Of a stretch of DNA of 64,000 bases, positions 62,901-64,000 are shown piece after piece; the stretch's first letter is position 1, and every line of letters begins with the position of its first letter. Source of the stretch: an uncultured Fibrobacterota bacterium. Its GTDB lineage: Bacteria > Fibrobacterota > Chitinivibrionia > Chitinivibrionales > FEN-1185. The stretch lies in the NCBI GenBank assembly GCA_963753345.1, contig CAVWBU010000016.1, forward strand, positions 160,001 through 224,000, in the 5' to 3' direction. A program made the translations under genes and the position numbers. Under the pieces are notes generated by a model that did no database searches, was not told the origin of the DNA, and was given only the letters and a program-made list of their open reading frames with translations.

Positions 62901-64000
62901 TTGAGGTACGGGCTGGCACCCCACTGCACTTGGACCGTGTCCCAGATGTTGCTGCCGTCCGCACGAAGCGCCTTTGCCCAGAGCGTGGTGCTTTGGTCGG
63001 TGGTCATCGAAATTGAACCAATGTCCGCGGTCGCCGCTTTATTGGAAACAATGATGATTTTGGAATAAGACACGTTGGAGAGAATCACCTGCACCGAGCC
63101 GGACATGGCACCCTCATGCGCAGTGACCGTGGTGGTGCCGTTGTTGTTTGTATTCCTGGTGATCTCGCCTTCGCCCAGGGGCGCGTTGACTGTTGCGGCA
63201 GTTACATAAGCGACGTCATACGTCCACGGAGACAAGGCAGTGGCATAGCTCACGAAGTTACCGAACTTGTCCCGTAGAACAGCATAGACCGAGTCCTTGA
63301 GCATGGTGCTTGTAAACACAACAGTGCCGAGGGGGTTGTCCGCGTTCGGTTTTATCAGGGAATACGGGCTTACTAGGGAATACGGGTAGGGCTCGATCAC
63401 AAGATGATTGGCAGCACCGGGTTTGATGAATACATGGATGGTATCCGTAATCGTGCCGCCAAGCTCCGCCACATTTGCAACGGTGGCGATAATATCGTAC
63501 CAATGGTAGGCATCAACCGCATAAAACTCGTTACTGGAATCCGTGTTGGGGAGCCTTGTCCTGAGCGAGTCCCGAAAACCAGTGCTGCTGTGCGTTAGTG
63601 AGTTCTCCACTCTCCAGGCTATCAGCGTGCTCAGATCGGACCTCACCGAGCCGAATTCGTCAATCACCTGGCCCGCCATGTGTATGGAATCACCGGCGGA
63701 AATCGTGTCGTGGTTCGGGACGACCGTCATGTTGATGTAGGGCGTGTTGAGCAGGTTCGTGGTGATGGTGATGTTGGATCCCGTTGCCTGGCGCTCGCAG
63801 TAAAAAATATCGATGGTTGCAGGCTGGCCCAGAACAAGGCCCAGTTGATTGAGCATGCCGTCAAGCGCAAAACCTCCCGTCATGTTATTGTGCATTCCCC
63901 CCATGTCAAGAACAAGTTTGCCGTTGATGAATACCCACAGGTCGTCATCGCCCCTGAAACTGAACGTAAGCCCCAGCCTGACGATGAATTTCCTTTTCAG
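56950..64000 (-). CDS. Giant fibro-slime-domain surface protein with five ~325-aa repeats (5' end beyond window; apparent frameshifts ~62200-62310)
   Basis: Window end reads FSFRGDDDLWVFINGKLVLDMGGMH...IDIFYCERQ (fibro-slime/PA14-like motif). ORFs 62183..63904 and 56950..62220 continue the same repeat series. C-terminal IFDVIGNVV...WNCSNSRG..APGVY. Confidence 0.85.

Overview
Bacterial chromosomal window, most likely Fibrobacterota (Chitinivibrionales/Chitinispirillaceae-like). The assignment is inferred from a TIGR02147-family gene, a fibro-slime protein and secreted proteins with a Fibrobacterota/T9SS-like terminal domain. Bases 1-15.6 kb hold a heavily frameshifted TonB-dependent uptake locus (receptor, acid phosphatase, YVTN propeller; divergent DUF3450-ExbB-ExbB/ExbD-TonB-TPR operon). 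It is broken by two giant poly-T/poly-A tracts that look like sequencing artefacts. The rest is mostly housekeeping, transport and CAZyme genes: fprA, GH84, hisS, ppnP, pcm, dedA, GH2, GH30, asnS, apt, a TPAT/TRAP transporter, CNNM and a >2300-aa fibro-slime repeat protein. The most striking unexplained feature is non-coding. At least 17 copies of two families of ~130-180 bp multi-hairpin intergenic repeats show compensatory base changes and C(GNA)G triloops mostly on one strand, which suggests folding as ssDNA. They recur as mix-and-match back-to-back doublets, one copy carries an embedded GTAG-type REP, and no transposase is present in the window. All protein family calls are by motif recognition, not database searches.
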